Shown piece by piece: positions 1-8,731 of a DNA stretch of 64,000 bases (its first letter is position 1; each line of letters opens with the position of its first letter). The position numbers were made by a program, and so were the translations under genes. The stretch is from Alphaproteobacteria bacterium (GTDB lineage: Bacteria; Pseudomonadota; Alphaproteobacteria; UBA828): contig OZ243972.1 in assembly GCA_965214705.1 (NCBI GenBank), positions 2,208,001 through 2,272,000 of the forward strand. The letters run 5' to 3'. The notes beneath the pieces were generated by a model, which saw nothing but the letters and a program-made list of their open reading frames with translations, was not told the DNA's origin and did no database searches.

Positions 1-595
1 TGAGGTCGTCGTAGAAGATGCCGCCGACGCCGCGCGCCTCCTCGCGGTGGGGCAGGTAGAAGTATCGATCGCACCAGGCCTTGAAGCGCGGATAGTAGCC
101 GGCGTCGTGGCGCGCGCAGGCTTGTTCCAGCGCCCCGTGGAAGTCCGCCGTATCGCGCTCGTCCGGGTAGATGGGCGTGAGATCGGTGCCGCCGCCGAAC
201 CACCACGTGCTGGTGACGATGTGTCTGGTGTTCATGTGGACCGCCGGCACCAGCGGCGAGCGCATGTGGGCCACGACGGAGATGCCGCTTGCCCAGAAGC
301 GGCCATCCTCGGCGGCGCCCGCGATCTTCTCGCGAAAGCTCTCAGAAAACGTGCCGTGGACGGTGGAGACGTTGACGCCCACCTTCTCGAACACCCGGCC
401 CCGCATGAGCGACATCACGCCGCCGCCACCGCCGGGCCGCTCCCAAGGCTTGCGCTCGAAGCGGCCGGGACGGGAACCCGCCGTCTCTGCCTCGTCCTCG
501 ATCGCTTCGAATGCGGCGCAGATTTCGTCCCGCAGCGCTTCGAACCAGGCCCTCGCCTGCTCTTGCCGCGCCGCTTCGTCGCCCGGATCGACCAC
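1..595 (-). CDS. hemF: Oxygen-dependent coproporphyrinogen III oxidase (3' end runs off window)
   Basis: Not in the ORF track. Manual minus-strand translation from GTG at 595 gives [30 protein letters not shown]...[14 protein letters not shown]...[11 protein letters not shown]...[31 protein letters not shown], which are hallmark HemF motifs. Confidence 0.95.
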   Translation of the reverse strand, partial: MVDPGDEAARQEQARAWFEALRDEICAAFEAIEDEAETAGSRPGRFERKPWERPGGGGGVMSLMRGRVFEKVGVNVSTVHGTFSESFREKIAGAAEDGRFWASGISVVAHMRSPLVPAVHMNTRHIVTSTWWFGGGTDLTPIYPDERDTADFHGALEQACARHDAGYYPRFKAWCDRYFYLPHREEARGVGGIFYDDL

Positions 596-600
596 GGGGG

Positions 601-1692
601 CTATTGCTCTCCGTCCGCCGCCGGCGTCACGTCGTAGTCGTCGCCGAGCGAGAGCGCGTCCAGGATCGCCTTGATCCGTGCCCAGGTGGGGCCGTCGATG
701 GGGTAGGGGCCGCCGGGCCCTCCGCCGGCGCGCGCACCGGGGAGGCGCACGCCCGCGCTGCCCTCGGCCGGCGGCAGCGCCTCCAGCCCGGCGACGAACG
801 CCTCCATCATCCGCACGAACTCCGCGCCCCTGCCGAGCGCTTGCGGGTCGGCGACGAGCACGAAGAGGCCGTTGCCCTGGTCCTCGTTCTCGTTGCCCCG
901 GCTCATGCCGGCGCCGGCGAGGGCGCCCGCGAAGGCCTCGACGATCAGGCTGAGCAGGAAGCCCTTGTGGCCGTCGGCCAAACCGCCCAGCGGCAGCAGC
1001 GAGGCCGCGCGGGGCGAGTCGAAGAAGCCGGCGGGCTCGGTGGTCGGCCGGCCCGCGCGGTCGATCAGCCAGCCCTCCGGCACGGCCTCGCCCTGGTTGG
1101 CGGCCATCCTGATCTTGCCGAGCGCCGTGATCGAGGTGGAAATGTCGATCACCAGCGGCGGCTTGCCCGCCGCGCGCGGGATGCCGCAGGCGAGCGGATT
1201 GGTGCTGAGGAAGGGCGCCGCGCTGCCGAAGGGCGCGACGCAGGCGCCGCCGCCAGCATCGTTCACCAGCAGCAGGGTCATCAGGCCCGCGCGCGCCGGC
1301 CCGCCGACGTAAGCGCCGAGGCGGGCCACGTCGTTGCCGTTGCGCACCGCCGCGCAGCCGATGCCTTGCGCTCGCGCCCTGGCCACGGCCTGCTCCACGG
1401 CGAAGACGCAGGAGACCGGGCCCAGGCAGCGCCGCGCATCGATCATCGCCGCCGCGTCGGTCTCGTGCACCACCACGGGCGCCACCGCCGGCGCGATCAT
1501 TCCGGCGTGGGTGTCCTCGGCGAAGGTGGGGATGCGCATCACCCCGTGGGAGTGGTAGCCCGCACGGCTCGCCTCCAGCAGGGTCTCAGTCAGCACCGCG
1601 CGCTCCTCCGCCGTGAAGCCGAGCGCCCCGAAGATGTCCTCGATCAGGACGCAGACGGTCGCTTCCGGCGCGCTGACCCCCGCTTGGGCCAT
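601..1692 (-). CDS. Ldh_2 family (malate/L-lactate/sulfolactate-type) oxidoreductase
   Basis: [34 protein letters not shown] and VRLPG motifs of the Ldh_2/AllD/ComC family. Confidence 0.9.
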   Translation of the reverse strand: MAQAGVSAPEATVCVLIEDIFGALGFTAEERAVLTETLLEASRAGYHSHGVMRIPTFAEDTHAGMIAPAVAPVVVHETDAAAMIDARRCLGPVSCVFAVEQAVARARAQGIGCAAVRNGNDVARLGAYVGGPARAGLMTLLLVNDAGGGACVAPFGSAAPFLSTNPLACGIPRAAGKPPLVIDISTSITALGKIRMAANQGEAVPEGWLIDRAGRPTTEPAGFFDSPRAASLLPLGGLADGHKGFLLSLIVEAFAGALAGAGMSRGNENEDQGNGLFVLVADPQALGRGAEFVRMMEAFVAGLEALPPAEGSAGVRLPGARAGGGPGGPYPIDGPTWARIKAILDALSLGDDYDVTPAADGEQ

Positions 1693-1696
1693 GGCG

Positions 1697-2713
1697 TCAG
1701 CGCTCCGCCACCTTGACCACGAGCTTGCCGAAGTTGCGCCCCTCGAACAGCATCCCGAGCCCTTCCGGCGCGTTCTCCAGCCCCTCGATCACGTGCTCCC
1801 TGTAGGTCATGGCGCCGTCGTCGAGCCACCCGGTAAGCCGAGCGAAGGCCTCCGGGTAGCGGGCCAGCCAGTCGAACACCAGGAAACCCTCGACCCGCGC
1901 CCGGTTGACGAGAATGTGGCGCAGGTGGCTCGGCCCCAGGTAAGCCTCGGTCAGGTTGTAGTGGTGGATGCAGCCGCAGACGACGACGCGCGCCTTGAAG
2001 GCGAGGCGTTGCATCACCGCGTCGGTCATCGGGCCGCCCACATTGTCGAAGTAGACATCGATGCCGCCGGGGCAGGCCTCGTCCAGCGCCGCGCCGAGGT
2101 CGTTCGCCGTGCGGTAGTTGATCGCGGCGTCGAAGCCCAGCTCGTCCGTGATGTAGGCCGCCTTCTCGTCGCTGCCCACCGTGCCGACCACCCGGCAGCC
2201 GCCGATCTTGGCGATCTGCCCCACCGCGGCGCCCACCGCGCCCGAGGCCGCCGAGACCACCACCGTGTCGCCGGGGTGCGGCTGTCCCACCTCCAGCAGG
2301 CCGAAGTAGGCGGTGGCGCCCGGCATGCCAAGGATCCCGAGGGCGTAGGAGGGCGGATGGCCGGACTCCGGCAGCACCCGCGCCGTGCCGCGCGTGCAAA
2401 GCGCGTATTCTTGCCAGCCGAACATACCCTCGACCAGGTCGCCTTCCTTGAGACCGGAGGACTCCGAGCGCACGACCTCGCCCACCGCACCGCCCGTCAT
2501 CACGTCGCCGATGCCGACCGGCGCCGCGTAGGATTTCGCGTCGCTCATGCGCCCACGCATGTAGGGATCGAGCGAGAGCGAGAGCACGCGCACCAGCGCC
2601 TGGCCCTGGCGGGGCTCCGGCGCCGGCTCTTCGGCCAGCGAGAAGTCGCTTGCCTTGGGCATGCCCACCGGCCGCGCCGCGAGCCTGACCTGACGATTGA
2701 TGACGGCGTTCAT
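1697..2713 (-). CDS. NADP-dependent oxidoreductase (CurA/prostaglandin reductase-like, MDR)
   Basis: LSLDPYMRGRM, GMPGATAYFGL, SAASGAVG, YFDNVGG and GRNFGKLVV motifs. Confidence 0.92.
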   Translation of the reverse strand: MNAVINRQVRLAARPVGMPKASDFSLAEEPAPEPRQGQALVRVLSLSLDPYMRGRMSDAKSYAAPVGIGDVMTGGAVGEVVRSESSGLKEGDLVEGMFGWQEYALCTRGTARVLPESGHPPSYALGILGMPGATAYFGLLEVGQPHPGDTVVVSAASGAVGAAVGQIAKIGGCRVVGTVGSDEKAAYITDELGFDAAINYRTANDLGAALDEACPGGIDVYFDNVGGPMTDAVMQRLAFKARVVVCGCIHHYNLTEAYLGPSHLRHILVNRARVEGFLVFDWLARYPEAFARLTGWLDDGAMTYREHVIEGLENAPEGLGMLFEGRNFGKLVVKVAER

Positions 2714-2742
2714 ATCAGTTCCTTTGCTTGCTTCGGGTTCAA

Positions 2743-2855
2743 CCCCTCCTCACCCCGGCCCTCTCCTCCCCGAGGGGAGGAGAGGGAGAACAGGTTGTCG
2801 CCGTTTACGTCCCCCCTCCGCCCTCTGGGGGGAGGGGGTCAGGGGGAGGTGGGGT
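2743..2855. repeat. REP/RIME-like doublet of inverted palindromic units
   Basis: CCCCTCCTCACCCCGGCCCTCTCCTCCCCGAGGGGAGGAGAGGGAG (about 2743-2788) and a degenerate inverted unit TCCCCCCTCCGCCCTCTGGGGGGAGGGGGTCAGGGGGAGGTGGGG (about 2810-2855), each with an internal hairpin, in an intergenic position. Confidence 0.75.
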
Positions 2856-2908
2856 GTTTCTTCGCGATCTTCCTGACGAGTGGCGACAGGGGCTGTGTGC
2901 TGTTCCGC

Positions 2909-3700
2909 CTACGGATGGACGTCGTATCCGCCGACCGCCAGGTAGCCGCCGTCGATCACGAGCTCCGTGCCGGTGATGAAGCTCGACTCCTCCGAGGCGA
3001 GGAAGATCGCGCCGTTGGCGATGTCCTCCGGCTTGCCCACGCGCCCGATGGGGTGCTGCTTGGCGAGCGCCTCGATCCCCGCCTCCAGGCTGCCGTAGTC
3101 GCGGTAGCAGGTGGCTTCCATCATCTCGGTATGGATGTAGCCGGGGTGGATCGAGTTCACCCGGATGCGGCGTTCGTCCTTGGCGCCGTCCAGCGCCGCC
3201 GCCTTGGTGAAAAGTCGGACCGCCCCCTTGCTCGCGCTGTAGGCCGACAGAGCCGGAATGCTCGTGAAGCCCAGGATCGAGGAGAGGTTGATGATCGAAC
3301 CGCCCGCCCGCATCGCGGCCATGCCGTGCTTGGTGCCGAGGAACACGCCGTCGACGTTGACCGACATGGTCTTGTGCCAGCTTTCCAGCGTGACCGCGTC
3401 GAGCGGCTCGACGATGCCGACGCCCGCGTTGTTGACGAGAATGTCGAGGCCGCCGAAGCGATCGATCACGGCCGGGATCGCCGCCTCCCAATCGGCCTCC
3501 TTGGTCGTGTCGAGGGTGATGAACATGGTCTCGGCGCCGCCGGCCTCAAGCTCCGCCGCGAGCGCCTTGCCGCCTTCCTCATCGATATCGCTAAGCGCGA
3601 CCGGCGCGCCCTCCGCCGCCATCCCGCGCGCCATTGCTGCGCCGAGGCCCCTCCCGGCACCGGTGATGAGCGCGACGCGGCCTTCCAGTCGTCCTGCCAT
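2909..3700 (-). CDS. Short-chain dehydrogenase/reductase (copy 2 of tandem pair)
   Basis: TGAGRGLG, NNAG, YSASK, NSIHPG and IDGG SDR motifs. Confidence 0.95.
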   Translation of the reverse strand: MAGRLEGRVALITGAGRGLGAAMARGMAAEGAPVALSDIDEEGGKALAAELEAGGAETMFITLDTTKEADWEAAIPAVIDRFGGLDILVNNAGVGIVEPLDAVTLESWHKTMSVNVDGVFLGTKHGMAAMRAGGSIINLSSILGFTSIPALSAYSASKGAVRLFTKAAALDGAKDERRIRVNSIHPGYIHTEMMEATCYRDYGSLEAGIEALAKQHPIGRVGKPEDIANGAIFLASEESSFITGTELVIDGGYLAVGGYDVHP

Positions 3701-3746
3701 TCTCTGCTTCTCCTCTCGTCAGTCGCCGGCGCCGTCGTGCACGCGC

Positions 3747-4538
3747 CTACGGATGGACGTCGTAGCCGCCCACCGCCAGGTAGCCGCCGTCGATCACCAG
3801 CTCAGTGCCGGTGATGAAGCTCGATTCCTCGGACGCGAGGAAGATCGCGCCGTTGGCGATGTCCTGCGGCTTGCCCACGCGGCCGATGGGGTGCCGCTTG
3901 GCGATCGCCTCGATGCCCGCTTCAAGGCTGCCGTATTCGCTGTAGCAGGTAGCCTCCATCATCTCGGTATGGATGTAGCCGGGGTGGATCGAGTTCACCC
4001 GGATGCGGCGCTCATCCTTGGCGCCGTCCAGCGCCGCCCCTTTGGTGAAGAGCCTGACCGCCCCCTTGCTCGCGCAATACGCGGTGAGCTCCGGCGTGGC
4101 CGTAAAGCCCATGATCGAGGAGATGTTGATGATCGAGCCGCCCGCGCGCATCGCGGCCATGCCGTGCTTGGTGCCGAGGAAGACGCCGTCGAGGTTGACC
4201 GACATGGTCTTCTGCCAGCTTTCCACCGTGATCGCGTCGACCGGCTCGACGACGACGACGCCCGCGTTGTTGACCAGGATATCCAGGCCGCCGAAGCGAT
4301 CGATCAAGGCCGGGATCGCGGCCTTCCAATCGGCCTCCCTGGTCGTGTCGAGGGTGATGAACATGGTCTCGGCGCCACCGGCCTCGAGCTCTGCCGCGAG
4401 CGCCTCGCCCCTTTCCTTGTCGATGTCGCTAAGCACGACCGGCGCGCCCTCCGCCGCCATCCCGCGCGCCATGGCAGCGCCGAGGCCTCTCGCGGCGCCG
4501 GTGATGAGTGCGACCCGGCCCTCCAGCCGTCCGGCCAT
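3747..4538 (-). CDS. Short-chain dehydrogenase/reductase (copy 1 of tandem pair)
   Basis: TGAARGLG, NNAG and YCASK motifs. Same length (263 aa) as its neighbour, with about 28 substitutions by manual count. Confidence 0.95.
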   Translation of the reverse strand: MAGRLEGRVALITGAARGLGAAMARGMAAEGAPVVLSDIDKERGEALAAELEAGGAETMFITLDTTREADWKAAIPALIDRFGGLDILVNNAGVVVVEPVDAITVESWQKTMSVNLDGVFLGTKHGMAAMRAGGSIINISSIMGFTATPELTAYCASKGAVRLFTKGAALDGAKDERRIRVNSIHPGYIHTEMMEATCYSEYGSLEAGIEAIAKRHPIGRVGKPQDIANGAIFLASEESSFITGTELVIDGGYLAVGGYDVHP

Positions 4539-4556
4539 GGCCCGCCGCTCCCCTCG

Positions 4557-5321
4557 TCAATCGCCGACGGTCGCCGCACCATCCATCATGGCGTGGACCA
4601 TGGCGGGCTTCGGCACGGTCGGGCTGGGGTAGGCCTTGCGGCTGTGGCTGAGCCCCAGGCCCAGCACGCATTCGGCGAGCTTATAGGTGAGCGGGCCGGG
4701 GTTGATGACCGGCACCGGCAGGTTCTCGGCCATGTGGCCGTGCGCCTGGTGCATGGTGGTGGAGCCGAGCAGGATCGCCTCAGCGCCGTCGTCCTCGATG
4801 CAGCGCGTGGCACACTCCACCAGCTTGGGGAAGACCACCTCCTCCTTGCCGCCCAGCAGGTTCTCGACGTCCGGCATCACGTTGATGGAGCGGACCGAGG
4901 CGAGGCGGTCGGCGACGCCGTATTCCACGCTGCTCTTCTTGTAGAGGGGGATCCAGCCGTCCCACTGGGTCACCACCGAGAAGCGGTTGCAGAGCATCAG
5001 CGCCATCATGTACGACGCCCGCCCCGGCCCGATCACCGGAATGTCCAGCACCGAGCGCATGGCGTTCATGCCGGAATCGCTCATGGTGTCGATGCAGACG
5101 GCGTCGTAGCCGTCCTCCTGGGCTGTGAGGCCCGCTTCGAACAGCGAGATGTCGGCCATGCTGTAGTCGTGGTAGCAGTCGAGCAGCGCCGGCCCCGCCT
5201 TGACGCCCCGGAAGTCGAATTCGATGTCCGGGCCGAACGCGACCGAATCCAGCTGCGAGCGCCGGTTCGCGAGCCCCTTCTCGTCGAAGGCGAAGGGAAC
5301 GATTACGAGTATCTTGGCCAT
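4557..5321 (-). CDS. Asp/Glu/hydantoin racemase family protein
   Basis: Likely ATG at 5321 (MAKILVIVP) after a GGGGAGAGG RBS. GYDAVCIDTMSDSG, LDIPVIG, DGAEAILLGSTTM and LPVPVINP fit the hydantoin-racemase fold. Confidence 0.85.
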   Translation of the reverse strand: MAKILVIVPFAFDEKGLANRRSQLDSVAFGPDIEFDFRGVKAGPALLDCYHDYSMADISLFEAGLTAQEDGYDAVCIDTMSDSGMNAMRSVLDIPVIGPGRASYMMALMLCNRFSVVTQWDGWIPLYKKSSVEYGVADRLASVRSINVMPDVENLLGGKEEVVFPKLVECATRCIEDDGAEAILLGSTTMHQAHGHMAENLPVPVINPGPLTYKLAECVLGLGLSHSRKAYPSPTVPKPAMVHAMMDGAATVGD

Positions 5322-5789
5322 GACCCTCTCCCCATCCGTGCCGTGTGTGCGCGGGATCATGGCGCAGATGCCGCGCGGGCGGAAGGGCGCGCGGCGGTGG
5401 GGAGAGCGCGGGAGCGGCGCCTCGGCCTGACCCGTGGGACGCACATCAAAATTTTGAGGCGGGACAAGCCGGGATTAGGCGGGATGTCTCCCGCGCCTTA
5501 GTCGCGCACGCCCGCTCATCCCACTGCCGAAGCTTGTTGGCTCGGGAGCGTCATGGCGCGACTCTGGCGCGAGCGCCAACTCTGTGCACCGCACCATCGT
5601 CCGGAGGGTCGGGAGGGACGGGACCATTAATCCGCTCGCACTCCATTATGTCGCCCGTCGCGATCTCATCCCACCCGCACTCGCATTTGCAATCAGTTCA
5701 GCCTTCACTGGCAGATTTACCAGTATGGTTTCCTGGGATGCTCTCAAGATTCGATAATCCATGTGTTAGAAGCGCACAACGTTTACATA

Positions 5790-5817
5790 TTGACTTTTCC
5801 ATAAATTCGGTTAATTT
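5790..5817 (+). promoter_or_regulatory. Possible sigma70 promoter for the nuclease gene
   Basis: TTGACT-16 bp-TAATTT in an AT-rich patch about 40 bp upstream of ATG 5855. Confidence 0.3.
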
Positions 5818-5952
5818 ATCGGTCAGGTTCGCATAAGAAGTTTAGGAATTCGACATGTGCGGTGACGACGCTAAAGATCGCTCGGGAATAGTTTATGTGC
5901 TACAAAATCCGACTTTTCAGGAAACAATAGTGAAAATCGGGAAAACAACAAA

Positions 5953-7163
5953 AAGGCTTATCCCCTTGACCCCGGTTTGACGACATCTTGTGTTTGGGTT
6001 GGCAGGGACGAGTTGTTCGTGTAATGTTCTCGCCATGCCGAGCCGCTGGAAGCACGACCGCCCGATGTCCCGCGCTGCCTTCGAGGCGCGCTTCCCCGAT
6101 GAAGAGGCCTGCGCCAGACACCTCGCGGCAAAGCGTTGGCCCGACGGCTTCGTTTGCCCCGCTTGCGGCCATGACAAGGGTTGGGAGTTGAAGCGTCGCA
6201 GGGCGAGTTGGGAATGTGCGGGCTGCGGCAAGGAGACGTCGGTGACCGCGGGCACGATCATGCATCGCAGCCACCTGCCGCTGAAGACCTGGTTCACCGC
6301 CATCCATATGGTGACCAGCCATTCGAACGGCATCTCCGCCCTGCAACTCCAGGCCCAGCTCGGGCTCGGCAGCTACAAGAGTGCGTGGCTGCTGCTGCAC
6401 AAGCTGCGTCGCGCCATGGTCGATCCCGACCGCAGCCTGCTTGAGGATCTGGTTGAGATCGACGAAGCCTCGTTGCCGCAGCGCACCGCGCAAGACCCGC
6501 CCACCGGCGGGCAAGGCCGCAGCGCGCAAGGCAAGATGCTCATCGCCGGAGCGGTCGAGCTGTCTCCCGAGGGTGAGCCGCGCCGCATCCGCCTCGCGCC
6601 GATCGTGGATTACTCCGCGCTCAGCCTGCACGCCTTCGTTGCCGCCACCTCGGCGCCGGGCGCGCTGGTGATCACCGACGGTTGGAGCGGCTATCCCGGC
6701 CTGTCCGGGCACGACCATGAGGCCAGGATCGTCGGCGACACGCCCGCCCATCTCGTGCTGAAGTGGACCCATCGCGTCTTCTCGAACCTGAAACGCTGGG
6801 CGCTCGGCACCTTTCACGGCCTGCGCCGCGCCCATTTGCGCCGTTACCTCGACGAGTTCGTCTTCCGTAGGAACCGACGCCGCCACACCGACGCCGCCTT
6901 CGACACCCTGCTCGGCATCGGCGCCGGCCTTCAACCCGCCAGCTACCGCGACTTCGTCGAACAACGCGCCTGATCCCACCGGCCGGTCAACACCGTGCCG
7001 CAGCCAGCCATTCCGGCTGTCTCGGAGTCATTATACCGAACTCCGGCACCGCGTGACGGGGCCGGGCAGCGCTCTCGCCAGTCCAAGATATCACGCGTGC
7101 GACGCGCGCCGATGCCGGCGACGATCAACATCTTGCGTCACCGGAACCAAGGGGAGAAGCCTT
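5953..7163 (+). mobile_element. IS1595 family insertion sequence (ISSod11-like ends), 1211 bp
   Basis: Imperfect TIRs AAGGCTTATCCCCTTG (left) and CAAGGGGAGAAGCCTT (right). 8-bp TSD ACAACAAA at 5945-5952 and 7164-7171. Confidence 0.93.
6035..6973 (+). CDS. IS1595 family DDE transposase
   Basis: Zn ribbon (CPACG...CAGC), SVTAGTIMHRSHLPL, VEIDE, ITDGWSGY, HRVFSNLKRW and YLDEFVFR motifs. Confidence 0.95.
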   Translation: MPSRWKHDRPMSRAAFEARFPDEEACARHLAAKRWPDGFVCPACGHDKGWELKRRRASWECAGCGKETSVTAGTIMHRSHLPLKTWFTAIHMVTSHSNGISALQLQAQLGLGSYKSAWLLLHKLRRAMVDPDRSLLEDLVEIDEASLPQRTAQDPPTGGQGRSAQGKMLIAGAVELSPEGEPRRIRLAPIVDYSALSLHAFVAATSAPGALVITDGWSGYPGLSGHDHEARIVGDTPAHLVLKWTHRVFSNLKRWALGTFHGLRRAHLRRYLDEFVFRRNRRRHTDAAFDTLLGIGAGLQPASYRDFVEQRA

Positions 7164-7736
7164 ACAACAAATTTGAAAGAGCGGATGAATCAGTTATATC
7201 GAACCAGCGGCGTTCCTGCTCGGTTTACGTGCTACTACGCTCGTAAGGTTCAAAACGCATCATTCGTCGAAAAGCAGCTGCATGCTGGATTGGGCTCGAA
7301 GCGCATCAATCCTGATCGAGAATTTTTTGACATTGACCCTCAGGAGGCAAAGTCGCTTATCGAAATCGCCGAAGGAGAGGACGTAACACCCGAAAATGAG
7401 TTGGAAGATGCAACAAATATCGAAAAGGGATTGGCAAGGCGGAATATGTTTAGATTGAAGGATTTCGACATAGTGCCGGGATGTAGTTTGACATTCTCAA
7501 ATGATCATTCAATAACTGCTGAGGTAAGCCAAGACGAGAAGACAATAGTCTTAGGAGATGGTGCGCCAGAAGAAATGAGAGGAAATACTTATTCACTAAG
7601 CGGCGCAGCGACTCAACTTCTTGGATATAAGGTTGCCGGCCCCGATCATTGGATTTACCAAGGAAGAACACTTAATCAAATTAGAAGAGAAGTAGAAGAA
7701 AGTTGAGAATACATACAATCTACACGAGGTTAGTTT

Positions 7737-7960
7737 TCACCCAACACCTTTGTCGCGGTAGCCGGCACTCCGTAGCGCTGCCAAGGACAAAGCGTGCGCG
7801 GCGTTGTAGGCCAGATCGAACCGGGATTCGAGGCTGGGGCTTTGGTTCTTCGCATCCGCGAGCCGAGCCGCTCCAGAGCGAAGCAGTCCCGATACCTCGT
7901 CGGTCGTCGGTGCCTCCGCCCTCAGCAGGCCACGCGCCGCTAGATTGTCCGGGTACTCAT
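7737..7960 (-). pseudogene. HEPN-type toxin partner of MNT, frameshifted and truncated
   Basis: ATG 7960 overlaps the MNT stop (ATGA) but reads ATG AGT ACC CGG ACA ATC TAG. The homologous-looking frame (DNLAARGLLRAE...SLESRFDLAYNAAHALSLAALRSAGYR) is shifted by one base and stops shortly after GYR. Confidence 0.7.
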
Positions 7961-8598
7961 TCGCTATCAAGGCTACCCACCAGAACGATATGCGGTCCCT
8001 GCAGGATCGCAGGTAGAAACCCGGCCCCGGCCGTACGCCGGGTCTGGTACTCGGCCGACGTGTAGAGCGTCGGGTTAACACGGCGTCCGAGCCGGTCCTC
8101 CGCCGGCGCCATGGCGGCGTAGATCGCCTCTAGCGTCAGATCGTCGGAGACGAGCAGGAGATCGATGTCGCTCGCTGCCGTATCGGCCCGTCGGGCAACT
8201 GATCCGAAGAGCAGTGCCAGAATCAGCTTGTCCGCCAGCGGTTCGAGCGCGTCGCCAATGGACCTTTCGAGGCCAACAGTTTTGCGCACAATGCTGAAAA
8301 TCTCGTCGAACAGAGGTGATTCGCGGTTCGCCCGGTAGTGCTTGCGGTTGCCGACGCGCGAGACGACCGCGAGGCCGCTCCCGGCCAGCCTAGCCAGCTC
8401 GCGCTGCACCGCTCCGCGCCCAGAGCCCGCCAGCGCGATGATCTCGGTCACGAAGAACTCCCGGTCCGGCTGCCCGAAGAGCAGGGCGAGCACGCGCTGC
8501 TGGGTCGAGGTGAACAGCGCGTCGGCGAGGCCCGAGACGCCGGGACCACCCATGTGGCCCTGCACATTCTCACCACTTGTCGATGGTTCAATACCCAT
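7957..8598 (-). CDS. HTH-fused minimal nucleotidyltransferase (MNT antitoxin-like)
   Basis: N-terminal winged HTH (LADALFTSTQQRVLALLF...GAVQRELARL), then LFGSVAR...SDIDLLLV. Start uncertain (8619, 8598 or 8553). Confidence 0.88.
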   Translation of the reverse strand: MGIEPSTSGENVQGHMGGPGVSGLADALFTSTQQRVLALLFGQPDREFFVTEIIALAGSGRGAVQRELARLAGSGLAVVSRVGNRKHYRANRESPLFDEIFSIVRKTVGLERSIGDALEPLADKLILALLFGSVARRADTAASDIDLLLVSDDLTLEAIYAAMAPAEDRLGRRVNPTLYTSAEYQTRRTAGAGFLPAILQGPHIVLVGSLDSE

Positions 8599-8633
8599 AC
8601 TGGGTATTATGGTACCCATTTAGAGTATTGCAA
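8590..8633 (-). promoter_or_regulatory. Promoter with overlapping palindromic operators for the MNT operon
   Basis: Minus strand TTGCAA-16 bp-CATAAT. Perfect IR AATACCCA-TAC-TGGGTATT at 8590-8608 and a degenerate copy at 8611-8629. Confidence 0.65.
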
Positions 8634-8731
8634 GCTCGGCGTTGCGGTCGTTATTCGTCCGCACCTAACCTTGAGCGCGAGGAAATCGCTATTGCCAAAG
8701 GAGGCTGACCAGCTGACCGTAAGGCTGCGGC

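Larger units (their letters stand above)
5855..7706 (+). pseudogene. GIY-YIG (T5orf172-like) nuclease with putative C-terminal RAMA-like domain, split by IS1595
   Basis: 5855-5952 encodes MCGDDAKDRSGIVYVLQNPTFQETIVKIGKTT. Removing the IS and one TSD copy joins it in frame to 7172-7706 (NLKERMNQLYRTSGVPARFTCYYA...VEKQLH...RINPDREFF), giving a 210-aa protein. Confidence 0.88.

Noticed and set aside
47-674. Plus-strand ORFs at the window start
   Set aside because: The real gene is hemF on the minus strand.
2743-2855. Possible CRISPR or tRNA
   Set aside because: Only two inverted, non-identical units, with no spacer periodicity, cas genes or cloverleaf.
5345-5836. 163-aa plus-strand ORF
   Set aside because: No RBS, atypical composition and no motifs; it spans a compositional boundary.
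5900-6979. 359-aa ORF antisense to the IS1595 transposase
   Set aside because: Shadow ORF; the plus-strand protein has all the DDE motifs.
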